Notes under the pieces: model-generated
Databases searched by the model: none
What the model was told of the DNA's origin: nothing
The model's input: the letters and a program-made list of their open reading frames with translations, nothing else
Shown here: one piece after another, positions 26,589 to 36,481 of the stretch
Layout: each line of letters starts with the position of its first letter
How positions within the stretch are numbered: position 1 is the first letter of the stretch
Origin: an uncultured Clostridia bacterium
Lineage (GTDB): Bacteria > Bacillota > Clostridia > Christensenellales > Borkfalkiaceae
Assembly: GCA_944359365.1 (NCBI GenBank)
Contig: CALVST010000003.1
Location: 6,395 to 70,394, forward strand
Reading direction: 5' to 3'
DNA: 64,000 bases
Program-made: the position numbers and the translations under genes

Positions 26589-27926
26589 TTATTTTCCGAC
26601 GCAGAATTTTGCAAAAATTTCGTTGATGATCTCTTCCGCGGCGGTCTTGCCGCTGATCTCGCCCAACCTGTCCCACGCGGCTTTCAGGTGCACGCCCAAA
26701 AGGTCGAGCGGCACTTTTCCGCACAGCATTTCCGCCTCTTTTACTTCCGCAAGCGCGCCCGAAAGCGCGTCGAAGTGCCTCTTTTCGATGAGGAAAGCAG
26801 CGTCGGTATCGCACCCCGCCATACTTTTTTCCAGCATCATCGCTTTTAAGGCGGCTATGTTCTCGCCCGTTTTCGCCGAAACGCGGATATCGCACTTTTC
26901 GCCGCCGTCCGCTTCCAGATCGTTCTTATTGGAAACGACGATCTTCGGTTTGTCCTCTACCTGCCTGTAAATTTCCCTGTCTTCTTCGCTCATCTTTTCG
27001 GAACCGTCCAAAACGAACAGCACGAGGTCGGCGCCCTCGATGAGCGACCTTGCGCGGGCAATGCCGATGCTCTCTATTTCGTTGTCGCTGTCGCGTATGC
27101 CCGCCGTATCGAACAGGTTGAAGCGCACCCCGCCGATCTCGAGCGTGCCCTCAACGATGTCGCGCGTGGTCCCCGGAACGGAGGAAACGATCGCCTTGTC
27201 GCGCGAAAGCAGCGCGTTGAGAAGAGAACTTTTCCCCGTATTCGGGCGCCCCGCAATGACTGCGTTCACCCCCTGTTTTATCTTGCTGCCGGCGCGGTAG
27301 GTTTCGAGCAGTTTTGCAAGCTCTTTTCCGAGCTTTTGCAGCCTCTCCTTTATATCGGAAAGGTCGGTGTGCTCGATGTCCTCTTCGGGGAAGTCCATAT
27401 CCGCGTCTATCCCCGCAAGGATCTCGGTTATTTCCGCCTGCAAAGCGTCCGCCTCGCGGGAAAGCCTTTCGCCGTAAAGAAGATACCCCGCGCGCACTTC
27501 CGCCTCGCTTTCGGCGTTTATCATATCAATAAGCCCTTCCGCCGAGGAAAGAGAGAGCTTTCCGTTCAAAAAGGCTCGCTTTGTAAATTCGCCGCGCTCA
27601 GCCCCCCTGCACCCGAGCGAAAGCGCCCGCGAAAGGATGCCCCGCGCGATGCTCGTGCCGCCGTGGCAATGAAATTCCACGACGTCTTCCCCCGTAAAGC
27701 TGTGCGGCGCTTTGAAGTAGACGCACAGCCCGAAATCTTTGAAATGTTCCGCCTCTATCTCGCCCGGATACATGCGGTACGGCTGAAAATTCTTTACTTG
27801 CGTTTTGCCGCTCGGGGAAAACATTTTTTCCGCGACTTGCAGCGGAGAATCCCCGCTCAACCGTATGACCGCGACGCCCCCTCTGCCTGCGGGCGTGGAA
27901 ATCGCGGCTATATTTTCGCTCTTCAT
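26589..27926 (-). CDS. mnmE: tRNA modification GTPase MnmE/TrmE
   Basis: IAAISTP, SFTGEDVVEFHCHGG, GRPNTGKSS, GTTRD, DTAGIR, NKND and C-terminal FCVGK. Confidence 0.97.
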   Translation of the reverse strand: MKSENIAAISTPAGRGGVAVIRLSGDSPLQVAEKMFSPSGKTQVKNFQPYRMYPGEIEAEHFKDFGLCVYFKAPHSFTGEDVVEFHCHGGTSIARGILSRALSLGCRGAERGEFTKRAFLNGKLSLSSAEGLIDMINAESEAEVRAGYLLYGERLSREADALQAEITEILAGIDADMDFPEEDIEHTDLSDIKERLQKLGKELAKLLETYRAGSKIKQGVNAVIAGRPNTGKSSLLNALLSRDKAIVSSVPGTTRDIVEGTLEIGGVRFNLFDTAGIRDSDNEIESIGIARARSLIEGADLVLFVLDGSEKMSEEDREIYRQVEDKPKIVVSNKNDLEADGGEKCDIRVSAKTGENIAALKAMMLEKSMAGCDTDAAFLIEKRHFDALSGALAEVKEAEMLCGKVPLDLLGVHLKAAWDRLGEISGKTAAEEIINEIFAKFCVGK

Positions 27927-27946
27927 AAATTCTCCTTAACGCGTTG

Positions 27947-27975
27947 ATTATAACATAGCCGCCGCAAAATGTCAA
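27947..27975 (-). promoter_or_regulatory. SigA promoter of mnmE
   Basis: Minus strand TTGACA-17 nt-TATAAT with extended TG. Confidence 0.85.
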
Positions 27976-28026
27976 CCCGAAAAAAACAAGCCCCCGCAAA
28001 AGCGGAGGCTTGTAAACTTTACAGAA

Positions 28027-28467
28027 TCACAGCTGAAAGACTGTTTGCATGAAACCGTAATAATAATCGTTCCAATAAGTATCTGCAAACTGCACCATCA
28101 AAATGCCGAGTATCAATCCTAAAACAAATCCGACGATGACGCCGATGAGTGCGCCGATGCCCGCCTTTTTTGCACAGAGGGGTTTCGTGCCCTTCCATAC
28201 AAGAAAAAGTATCAGCCCGATGACCGGGAAAAAGAAACCGAGCACGCCCCAGCCAGCACTGCCGCTGTCTTCCGTCGCGGGATAAGGATTCTCTTTTTGA
28301 TATTGATATTGGTACCGGTACTGATTTTGGTTTTGCTCTTGGTATTGGCTTTGAAACTGTGTGCCCGCAGGTTCCTGCTGCCCGGCGGAAGCGAATTGCG
28401 CTGCCCCGCAATGGGTACAGAAAGCATCCGAATCGCCGATCTTTTTACCGCAATTTTTACAATACAT
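28027..28467 (-). CDS. Zinc-ribbon membrane protein, copy 2
   Basis: CKNCG...CTHCG, a Q/Y-rich linker, then two hydrophobic segments starting GWGVLGFFFPVIGLILFLVW. Confidence 0.85.
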   Translation of the reverse strand: MYCKNCGKKIGDSDAFCTHCGAAQFASAGQQEPAGTQFQSQYQEQNQNQYRYQYQYQKENPYPATEDSGSAGWGVLGFFFPVIGLILFLVWKGTKPLCAKKAGIGALIGVIVGFVLGLILGILMVQFADTYWNDYYYGFMQTVFQL

Positions 28468-28498
28468 CGCTTTTTTCTTCTCTCTCTGATTTTATTAT

Positions 28499-29023
28499 TT
28501 ATATGAGCAAAAGCGCCGAAGATGCTGACGATACACCCGCCACTGCAACGATGACGATGACAATAATGATCCAAAGCACGACGAGCACCGCCGCGACTAT
28601 AACGGAGATCAGCGCCCCTTTGCCGCACATCTTCGCACGCCTGGGATAAACGTCGTTCCAAACGAGAAAAAGGATCAAACCGACGATCGGAAAGAAAAAT
28701 CCGAGGACGCCCCAGCCTGCACTCGGTGCCGGCTCTGCCGGATCCCTGTAATACGGCGGAGGAGGCGGCGGAGCCTGCCTGCTATAATAACCGTTATCGG
28801 CATAATTCCTGTTCTGCCCTTGGTAAGGCGCGCCCGAACCCGTATTGTCGGCGCCGATACCGCCGAAGGGATCCTCGGGGGCGCCGTTTGCATAGCTGCC
28901 CGATTGCGCAGCGTGCGCGTCCGTGTCGATCTTTTCGCTCGCCGCAGGTTTGACCGAATCTCCGCAGTACGGGCAAAAATGGCTGTCGTCTTCTATTTTT
29001 TTACCGCAATGCCTACAATACAT
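28499..29023 (-). CDS. Zinc-ribbon membrane protein, copy 1
   Basis: CRHCG...CPYCG, a P/Y-rich linker, then GWGVLGFFFPIVGLILFLVW. Confidence 0.85.
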   Translation of the reverse strand: MYCRHCGKKIEDDSHFCPYCGDSVKPAASEKIDTDAHAAQSGSYANGAPEDPFGGIGADNTGSGAPYQGQNRNYADNGYYSRQAPPPPPPYYRDPAEPAPSAGWGVLGFFFPIVGLILFLVWNDVYPRRAKMCGKGALISVIVAAVLVVLWIIIVIVIVAVAGVSSASSALLLI

Positions 29024-29109
29024 CTTTGTTCCCCGGCTGAAAAGCGATATTTCTTTTTTCTGCTTTGCAGAAAAAAGAAAGGCGCCTTTCTTGGATTTTT
29101 ATTAATTTT

Positions 29110-29138
29110 ATTATACTATATATGCGGATATGTGTCAA
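29110..29138 (-). promoter_or_regulatory. Consensus SigA promoter of the zinc-ribbon pair
   Basis: Minus strand TTGACA-17 nt-TATAAT. Confidence 0.8.
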
Positions 29139-29225
29139 GTTATTTGCAAAAAGTTAAAATTGACGCATATCCATGCCGGAACGCATCGCAAAATACAAAG
29201 CCCGCGCCAATGCGCGAGCTTTGCG

Positions 29226-30824
29226 TCAATTTTCCTCTTCCAAAAATTTTCTGTCTATTTTGCCGATCAGGTTTACGGGCAGTTTTTCCTTGAATACGAT
29301 CTTTTTCGGAACCGCGTATGCGATGAGCTTTTTGCGGCATACGCGCTCGATCTCTGCGGCAAGCGCGCTTTCGCTTTGCCCCGCCTGCGGCTCGACGAAC
29401 AGCTTTACCGCCTGTCCGCGCACGGGATCGCTCATGCCGACCGCGCACACCTTTTTCACGCCCGCCACAGTGAGCACGGCTTCCTCTATTTCGGAAGGAT
29501 ATACGGGCACGCCGCTCACCTTGATCATGTTCTTGATTCGCTGTTTGAAAAAAAGGAACCCGTCCTCGTTCAGCCAACCGTAGTCGCCCGTTTTCAGCCA
29601 CTTTCTGCCGTCTATCTCCGCAAACGGCGCTTCGCTCTCGCCGAGGTAGGCGAGCATGAACTGGTCGGTATCGAGATATATCTCCCCGACTTCTCCCGGG
29701 GGAAGGAGCGCGCCTTCTTTATAAATGCGCACCGCCGTGTTTGAAAGCGGGTAACCGATAGACGACGGGCAGTTATGGCGCAGCGTGTTCACGAGGCACA
29801 CGGTGACCGTTTCGGTAAGCCCGTAGCCGATATACATTCTCGCGCTGCTGCCGCCCTTTTCCAACGCGGCGTTGAAATCTTTCACGAGGGAATCGGGCAC
29901 GCTGTCGCCGCCGACATATACGTCTTTGAGGGCGGAAAGGTCGCCTTGCGTAAAAGTCTTTTCGCCGAGAAGTTTCAAAAACATGGTCGGCACGCCCGTA
30001 AGTATGTTCGCCTTTTGCTTTATGATCTGCTTTGCGCTCATCTTCGCGCTGAACTTTATGCACATGATGTTTGTCGCGCGCATCATCATGCACATATGCA
30101 TGTTTATGCACAGCCCGAAGCCGTGAAAGATGGGCAGAACGTTGTACAGCGCCGTGTAATTTTCCAGCGGCTCGCTCAAAAACTCGTCCGCCTTTGCGCA
30201 GAGGTTGTTGAACACAAAGTTGTTGTGCGCTATGATCTTCGGTTCGCCCGTCGTTCCGCCGCTCGCAAGGTATACGGCAGGCTCGTCCATGCCGAACCGT
30301 TCCGCCTGCTTTCGGGGCGCTTTTCTGTCTTTCAGGAATTTTTCAAACGAAAGCCCGCCGCGCATCGTGCGCTTGTTCGTAAGGCGGTAGTACATTCTCG
30401 CCGCGGCGCCCATAAAATAGCCGCAGTTGCTCACCAACACGGGCACACGAAAAGCGGATGCGTCGCCCTTGTACAGGTCGTACACGAACAGCAGGCGGCT
30501 GTCTGTGCGGGCGATGCTCTCGGAGAGCTTTTCGGGCGGGATGTACGGGTGTACGAGATTGACCTTGACGCCGAGCTTATTCGCCGCATAAAAGGCGATG
30601 AGCGCCTGCGGAGAGTTGGGCGCGCACAGGGTAACGGTATCCCCCTTTTTTAAGGAAAATTCTGCGGCAAGGTTGTCCGCAAGAATATCTGTCAGGCGGA
30701 AAACTTCTTCGAATGCGTACTTCTTTCCGTAAAAAGAGATCGCGGTGCGCACCGACCTTTCGGCGACGTTTGCGCGCGCCGCCTCGTACATGGAATATTC
30801 CGGAAGCAATTTTTCGTATTTCAT
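29226..30824 (-). CDS. AMP-forming acyl-CoA synthetase (long-chain fatty acid-CoA ligase-like)
   Basis: SGGTTGEPK, GYGLTE, KTGD, IKVSG and GKIDR. ATG 30824 follows SD GGAG; an alternative TTG start is at 30839. Confidence 0.9.
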   Translation of the reverse strand: MKYEKLLPEYSMYEAARANVAERSVRTAISFYGKKYAFEEVFRLTDILADNLAAEFSLKKGDTVTLCAPNSPQALIAFYAANKLGVKVNLVHPYIPPEKLSESIARTDSRLLFVYDLYKGDASAFRVPVLVSNCGYFMGAAARMYYRLTNKRTMRGGLSFEKFLKDRKAPRKQAERFGMDEPAVYLASGGTTGEPKIIAHNNFVFNNLCAKADEFLSEPLENYTALYNVLPIFHGFGLCINMHMCMMMRATNIMCIKFSAKMSAKQIIKQKANILTGVPTMFLKLLGEKTFTQGDLSALKDVYVGGDSVPDSLVKDFNAALEKGGSSARMYIGYGLTETVTVCLVNTLRHNCPSSIGYPLSNTAVRIYKEGALLPPGEVGEIYLDTDQFMLAYLGESEAPFAEIDGRKWLKTGDYGWLNEDGFLFFKQRIKNMIKVSGVPVYPSEIEEAVLTVAGVKKVCAVGMSDPVRGQAVKLFVEPQAGQSESALAAEIERVCRKKLIAYAVPKKIVFKEKLPVNLIGKIDRKFLEEEN

Positions 30825-30835
30825 TCGATACTCCG

Positions 30836-31801
30836 TCAAAAACAGCTAACTAACAGCGCGAACAGCGCCAAAAGCACGGGTATGACCACCATATGCGCCA
30901 CAAAAATGAAAGCCGAGTGCCTGCCGAGAAAACAGACGCCCTTGTTCCATGCGCCGTCGAGCGGCATCAGTGTATACTTGTAGGAAGTGTGGTACAGCGC
31001 CCTGCCGAGTATACCGCCCGCAAGGATGACCGCCGCATACGGCAAAACGGGGAAATAATCGGCGGAAAGCGCCTCGAAATTATAATCGCGCACATACAGG
31101 AAGATGGCGCGGAAACGGTTCACGTCCATATCGGCATCTTTCGGGAATGTGGAGATCAGCTCGTATGCGCCGCCCTCGAAGCTGATATCCGCATAGCGCG
31201 CGAACAGCAGGATGAGGAACATAACACCGACCGCGCCCGGCAGATACCGCAATATATTTTCGGCAACGCGCGCCTTTTTCCCCTCGGGGAAGAGCGCGCA
31301 CACCGCGGAAACGGCGTTGTCGAGAAGTGCGTACATGAGCACGCCGCAGGCGATCATGTGGATCACGCCGAAAATGATGTACGTTCCGTCGATAAAGTTC
31401 TGATCGATAAAATAAGTTACGGCGGAGATCCCTGCCGCCACGAGCGCGAGCGGAATAAAGCGGCGGAAATTGCCCCGCGTGAGCGTACAGCTTATGCCGC
31501 ACAGCACGAAAAACGTGCAGATGACCACCTCGCGCACGTTTATGCGCACGTTCCAATTCCAATAGTTTATCGCAATTTGGCGCCATTCGGAAAAAAGGTC
31601 GGTGCCGAGCATCTGGTTTATGGAGGGCATAATGTCCCACAGGCAGTACATAAAATGGTCGAACACCATCAGCACGACGCACAACCCGCGCAGGAAATCC
31701 AGCTCCCAAAAGCGCTCTTTTGTGCGATGGGAAAACCTTCCCACCGATTTTTTGAAATCCGCCGCCCGCGGACGGGCAACGTTTATCCCTTGCACATACA
31801 T
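30836..31801 (-). CDS. DUF1624/HGSNAT-like membrane acyltransferase
   Basis: RFWELDFLRG...MVFDH, FGVIH, DYFPVLP and LGRHS motifs; multi-TM. Confidence 0.82.
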   Translation of the reverse strand: MYVQGINVARPRAADFKKSVGRFSHRTKERFWELDFLRGLCVVLMVFDHFMYCLWDIMPSINQMLGTDLFSEWRQIAINYWNWNVRINVREVVICTFFVLCGISCTLTRGNFRRFIPLALVAAGISAVTYFIDQNFIDGTYIIFGVIHMIACGVLMYALLDNAVSAVCALFPEGKKARVAENILRYLPGAVGVMFLILLFARYADISFEGGAYELISTFPKDADMDVNRFRAIFLYVRDYNFEALSADYFPVLPYAAVILAGGILGRALYHTSYKYTLMPLDGAWNKGVCFLGRHSAFIFVAHMVVIPVLLALFALLVSCF

Positions 31802-31807
31802 CGGTTC

Positions 31808-31837
31808 AGTTTAACATTTTTCGGCGCGCTTTGTCAA
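31808..31837 (-). promoter_or_regulatory. SigA promoter abutting the start codon
   Basis: Minus strand TTGACA-18 nt-TAAACT with extended TG, then 6 nt, then ATG. Confidence 0.7.
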
Positions 31838-31879
31838 GGGCAGAAAGGTGAAAATTCCGCCGCAAAGCGCCGCGCAGCT

Positions 31880-32824
31880 CTATTCGGGGAAAATTTCTTC
31901 TATTATGGCATAAAGCGCGGAGATAGAATCCGCTGCGAACAGGCGTTTTCTGTATTCCGCCGAGCCGCGCAGTCCTTTCGTGTAGAACGCCGTCATTTTA
32001 CGCATCTGCACGAGCGTGAACTTTTCCCCGTAAAAAGGCAGCATGTCCTCTATTTCGTCGAGCACGTCCCGTTTTATATCGCGCGGCGCGTCCTTTCCCG
32101 TAAGCTCCGCGAAAATGTGCGGATCGTACAGCGCCGCGCGGGCTACCATCACGCCGTCGGCGCCCGTTTCCGCGATCATTTTTTCCGCGTCGGCGTCCGA
32201 AAATATGCCGCCGTTTGCGATGACGGGTATCTTTACCGCCCGCTTTGCCGCGGCGATCTCTCTGTAATCGGGTTCGCCCGAATAGTACTTATCGCGCGTT
32301 CTGCCGTGCACGGTGATCAGATCCGCCCCCGCCCCCTCGCACATTTTTGCAAATTCGGCGGTAACTTTTTTATCTTCCGAAATGCCCGTGCGGAATTTTA
32401 CGCAGATGCGCTTTCCGCTCTTTTTGCAGGCGGAAATGATCTTTTCCGCCAAAGGCATGTCGCCGAGAAGGGCGCTCCCCTCTCCGTTTTTGAACACCTT
32501 CGGCACGGGGCAGCCCATATTGATGTCGACGACGGAAAAATCCGCAAGGTCCTCGCTCTCGCACGCGGCGCGCATCACGTCGGGATCGCTGCCGAATATC
32601 TGCACGGCGGTATCCCTTTCGGAAGGGTGCCTGTGCAAGAGCGCGCGCGTCGCCTCGCTGTTGTATTTCAGCCCCTTCGCGCTGACCATTTCGGTAAAAC
32701 AAAGCCCTGCGCCGTAAGAATAGCACAGGCGGCGGAAAGCAAAGTCGGTATATCCCGCAAGCGGCGCGCAGAACACGTTGTTCGGCACTATCGCGCCGCC
32801 GATGTCAACGGGCGCCGTCCGCAT
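31880..32824 (-). CDS. dusB: tRNA-dihydrouridine synthase
   Basis: APLAGYTD, TEMVS, DINMGCP, VHGRT and IANGGI. Start at MRTAPVD. Confidence 0.9.
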   Translation of the reverse strand: MRTAPVDIGGAIVPNNVFCAPLAGYTDFAFRRLCYSYGAGLCFTEMVSAKGLKYNSEATRALLHRHPSERDTAVQIFGSDPDVMRAACESEDLADFSVVDINMGCPVPKVFKNGEGSALLGDMPLAEKIISACKKSGKRICVKFRTGISEDKKVTAEFAKMCEGAGADLITVHGRTRDKYYSGEPDYREIAAAKRAVKIPVIANGGIFSDADAEKMIAETGADGVMVARAALYDPHIFAELTGKDAPRDIKRDVLDEIEDMLPFYGEKFTLVQMRKMTAFYTKGLRGSAEYRKRLFAADSISALYAIIEEIFPE

Positions 32825-34220
32825 TCTTCGCCCTCCCGTAATATTCCCAAAGCTCGTCCGCGGGCAGATCTTCCATCTTCTTGCCGTCCGCAAGGATCAG
32901 CTTTTCCGTTTCCAAAAAGCGGGCAATAAACTTGTCGGTGCTCTCTCTGAGCGCCGTTTCGCAGTCCGCCCCCGCAAGCCTTCCGACGTTGACCGCGGAA
33001 AAGAGCAGATCGCCCGTTTCCTCGCCGATATGCGCCTTATCGCCCGAGGCGACGGCGTCCAAAAGCTCGGCAAGCTCTTCATCCACTTTTGCCGCCGCTT
33101 CCTTTACATCCTTAAAATCGTATCCCGCCTTGGCGGCGCGCTTGCCCGCCTTCTGCGCACGCATGAGAGCGGGGAACGCCTTCGGCACATCGCGCACGGA
33201 ATCGCCCGCCGTCTTTTGCCCCTTTTCCTTCTGCTTGTTCTTCTCCCACACCGAAAGTGCGCCGCTTTCGCCTTCCGCCTTATCTTTTCCGAAAATGTGC
33301 GAATGGCGGAAGATCAGCTTTTCGCACACGCCGCTCAAAACGTCGCCCGCAGAAAACACGCCCCGCTCTTCGCCCAGAACGGAATGGAACGCGCCCTGCA
33401 TGAGGACGTCGCCCGTCTCCTCGGCGATGCCTTCGTCGTCCTCGCGGTCAATGGCGTCCACAAGCTCGTAAGCCTCTTCTATCATGTTCGCGCGGATGCT
33501 CCCGTGCGTCTGCGCCCTGTCCCACGGGCAGCCGCCCGGCGCGCGCAGAAGGCGCATGATGCCGAGAAGGTCATCGTAATCGAACCGTTTCTTTTCGAGC
33601 AAAGGGATCTTGTCGATCACGGCGGCGGTGAATGCGCCGTAGTTTTTTTGCCTGTCCAATTCAAAAAGGTTTATTTTTTCCGCCTTCCCTTCCGAAACGA
33701 AGTACACGGCGGTTTCATCGCCGAACATTTCGCAAAGTTTGAGCTTCACGTCCCCCGCGACGAGCGCGCAGTCGATATCGTACACGCACAGCGGAAGGCA
33801 GGCGCGGTCATAGGAGTCCATGTCGTAAGCGGAAACGGCGGTGCCCGAAGGTACGTTCGCCGCCGCAAACGCGGAGGAAGATTTGCTCACGCCGCCCACG
33901 GCGCGCGCATCTTTATGTTTTGCGAGTACGAGCCGCGCGGATACGTCTTCCGACGCATTCCCGTCCACGCAGTAAGCGACGTTTGCGCCCTTTGCCGCTT
34001 CCCCCACCGCCGCCGCGAGATTTTTTGCGAGGGTATCGAAGTTGCGGCTTTTTTCGTATATGTAGTCGAGCGTTGCAAAGGGAACGCCCAACGCGCGCAC
34101 GCTCTCCGCGGGGAGCGTTTCCCCCGTGCGCAATATCACTTTATCCGCGGCGAGGATCGCTTCTTTCCCGCCTGCCGTGAGATCCTGAGGGGCGCACCCC
34201 AACCCGATCACCGTTATCAT
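32805..34220 (-). CDS. yabN: Tetrapyrrole methylase-like/MazG nucleoside triphosphate pyrophosphohydrolase fusion (YabN)
   Basis: N-terminal ITVIGLG domain followed by MazG motifs GCPWDRAQT, EEAYELVDAI and EETGD (twice). Confidence 0.9.
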   Translation of the reverse strand: MITVIGLGCAPQDLTAGGKEAILAADKVILRTGETLPAESVRALGVPFATLDYIYEKSRNFDTLAKNLAAAVGEAAKGANVAYCVDGNASEDVSARLVLAKHKDARAVGGVSKSSSAFAAANVPSGTAVSAYDMDSYDRACLPLCVYDIDCALVAGDVKLKLCEMFGDETAVYFVSEGKAEKINLFELDRQKNYGAFTAAVIDKIPLLEKKRFDYDDLLGIMRLLRAPGGCPWDRAQTHGSIRANMIEEAYELVDAIDREDDEGIAEETGDVLMQGAFHSVLGEERGVFSAGDVLSGVCEKLIFRHSHIFGKDKAEGESGALSVWEKNKQKEKGQKTAGDSVRDVPKAFPALMRAQKAGKRAAKAGYDFKDVKEAAAKVDEELAELLDAVASGDKAHIGEETGDLLFSAVNVGRLAGADCETALRESTDKFIARFLETEKLILADGKKMEDLPADELWEYYGRAKNADGAR

Positions 34221-35736
34221 GCTTTTTTCTCCTTTTCAAAAAACTTATCTCTTCGCGCGAAAACCCTTTGCACAGGACGCACAGCGGCAGATAGATCGCC
34301 GCCGCAACCGCCAAAACGGTCAGCGCGCCCAAAGAGCGGAGCGGATAGGCGGCGCCGACCGCCGCCGCGGCAAACAGGGCAAACCTGCCGCCGCACGCCG
34401 CCGCACGCGCTAAATTTTTCTTATCCCTAATACTATACAGCAAATTGACGCTCAAAGCAACAAAATAACAGCATATCGACGCGATCGCCGCGCCCGAAAT
34501 GGAAATTTCGGGATTTCTGACGAGCAAAAATTCGACGGCAAGCTTTACGGCGACGCCCGCCGTCATCGAAGCCGCCGCGACCTTCGGCTTGCCTCTTCCC
34601 GTCAGACAGGCGGAAAGCGTCTGCACCGCAGACAAGAGCACCGCCCCGACAGACATCGTTCTTATGAGCCGCACGAGCCACACCCTCTCTTCCCCCGCGA
34701 CCGAGCGGAAAAGCAGCGCCGCCGTCTGCGACGGGAACGCAAACAAAAAGGCCGCCGCGGGAAGGGAGATAAAAAAGGTGCATTTGAGCGCGAAACAGAT
34801 CTTTTTTTCCGCCTCGGCGTACTCTCCCCGCTCGTACAGGGAAGAGATGAGCGGAATGACCGCCGCCGCAAGCCCGTAGCAGACGGAAACGGGCAGATTG
34901 ATGAGGGTGTTCGCTCCGCCCGTGAATACGCCGTACAGCGCCGTCGCGTTTTCCGAATAGCGGCTTATCAGATTGACGATGATCACGCTGTCGAGTATAT
35001 TGGAAAGGGGCAAAACGCCCGCGGCGACCGCGACGGGCAGAATAAAGCGGAGAAGCGCTCCCGCCTTTACGCCCTGCGCGCGTTCGCGGTAGAGCGGGCG
35101 CACCGCCGACCGCACAGATATCGCCCCCGCCGCCACCATGAAGAGCGCGGCGGCAGCCTCGCTCACCGTAACGGCGAGCAGGGAATAGGACACGGCAAGC
35201 ACCGTGTTTGCGCGGTACGCATAAGCGAAAAAAAGCCCCAGCGCGATTTTGACGAGCTGTTCGAGTATCTCGGAAAAAGCCGTGGGCAAAAAATTCCCCT
35301 TGCCCTGAAAATAGCCGCGGAAACAGGAGATGACGGAAACGAACAGCACGCTCGGCGAAAGCATTTTATACGCGATCGCCGCGCCCGCTTCCCTCTGTAC
35401 GGCGCTCATGACGGGCGAAAGCGCGAACATGACGAGGCTGCCCGCAAGCCCTATTGCAGAAAACAAAAAGAGGGCGCGCCGCAAAATGGCGGACGAACGC
35501 CCCTGCGCCCCCGCGGCTTCCGCCTGCGCGACGAGGCGGCACAGCCCCGAAGGGATGCCCGTCGCCGACAGCGTAAGCAACAGGCAATACAGCGGATAGA
35601 CCATCTGATAAATGCCCATGCCCTCTCCGCCCAACGCATTGGAGAGGGGGATCCTGTAAAAAGCGCCCAACAGCTTTGCGGCAAGCCCGCCTACCGATAT
35701 TATGAGCGCTCCTTTTATAAAGCTCTGCCCTTTCAT
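34141..35736 (-). CDS. MOP/MATE flippase, YabM/SpoVB-like polysaccharide biosynthesis protein
   Basis: KLLGAFYRIPL, GMGIYQMVYP and RGYFQG motifs. Lies between spoVT and yabN as in Bacillus. Overlaps yabN by about 80 nt. Confidence 0.88.
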   Translation of the reverse strand: MKGQSFIKGALIISVGGLAAKLLGAFYRIPLSNALGGEGMGIYQMVYPLYCLLLTLSATGIPSGLCRLVAQAEAAGAQGRSSAILRRALFLFSAIGLAGSLVMFALSPVMSAVQREAGAAIAYKMLSPSVLFVSVISCFRGYFQGKGNFLPTAFSEILEQLVKIALGLFFAYAYRANTVLAVSYSLLAVTVSEAAAALFMVAAGAISVRSAVRPLYRERAQGVKAGALLRFILPVAVAAGVLPLSNILDSVIIVNLISRYSENATALYGVFTGGANTLINLPVSVCYGLAAAVIPLISSLYERGEYAEAEKKICFALKCTFFISLPAAAFLFAFPSQTAALLFRSVAGEERVWLVRLIRTMSVGAVLLSAVQTLSACLTGRGKPKVAAASMTAGVAVKLAVEFLLVRNPEISISGAAIASICCYFVALSVNLLYSIRDKKNLARAAACGGRFALFAAAAVGAAYPLRSLGALTVLAVAAAIYLPLCVLCKGFSREEISFLKRRKKHDNGDRVGVRPSGSHGRRERSDPRRG

Positions 35737-35821
35737 ATGTAGCCGCACGCAGGATTTGCCGTGCGGTGCGCCGCTACGGCGCAAAAGCGCCCGCCGCGCA
35801 TTCTGCGCGGCGGGGAAATGC

Positions 35822-36367
35822 TCAGTCGAACTGATTGGCGAGTATATCCGCCGTAAGGCGGCATAAATTGACGGCGCCGCTCTCCATTTTCGCGCCCTCT
35901 TCGCCGCTCAAAAGAGTCACCGCACCGAGGCAGTCGCCGCCCGATACGATGGGCACGATGATCTGTGCCGTCGCCTTGAAATCGGAATCCTCGGCGATGG
36001 GCACGATGTCACCCCCTTCCGCAAGGTTGGCGATGTAACTGCGCCTGCCCTGCAATATTTTTTCCAGCTGTTCGGTGATGTGCTTTTTCGCGAACTCTTT
36101 GCGCCCCTCGCCCGAGGCGAAAAGGATCTCGTCGGTATCGCATATCACGGCGAGATATCCGCTCAGATCGCTCAGCGACTTCGTGGTGCCCTCCGAAAAT
36201 TTTTCGAGCGTCGCGATGGGCGAATATTTTTTGAGCATCAGCTCGTCCCTGTCGGTAAATATTTCCAGCGGATCGCCGTCCTTGATGCGGAGCGTGCGGC
36301 GGATCTCTTTGGGAATGACCACTCTGCCGAGTTCGTCTATCCTCCTTACGATTCCCGTTGCTTTCAT
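35822..36367 (-). CDS. spoVT: Stage V sporulation protein T
   Basis: AbrB domain MKATGIVRRIDELGRVVIPKEIRRTLRI plus a GAF-like C-terminal domain. Confidence 0.95.
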   Translation of the reverse strand: MKATGIVRRIDELGRVVIPKEIRRTLRIKDGDPLEIFTDRDELMLKKYSPIATLEKFSEGTTKSLSDLSGYLAVICDTDEILFASGEGRKEFAKKHITEQLEKILQGRRSYIANLAEGGDIVPIAEDSDFKATAQIIVPIVSGGDCLGAVTLLSGEEGAKMESGAVNLCRLTADILANQFD

Positions 36368-36415
36368 TTCTCTCCTCCCTTATGCCGCTTTCTGCGGCGG
36401 CTGTTTGTCGAAGGA

Positions 36416-36444
36416 AAGTATGCGTAACTTTTTTCCGCTTATTC
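36416..36444 (-). promoter_or_regulatory. SigG-type forespore promoter of spoVT
   Basis: Minus strand GAATA-17 nt-CATACTT, matching the SigG consensus; spoVT is a known SigG target. Confidence 0.7.
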
Positions 36445-36481
36445 CTGCATTATCCTTTTTTTCCGTCCGCCGCTTTATTTT

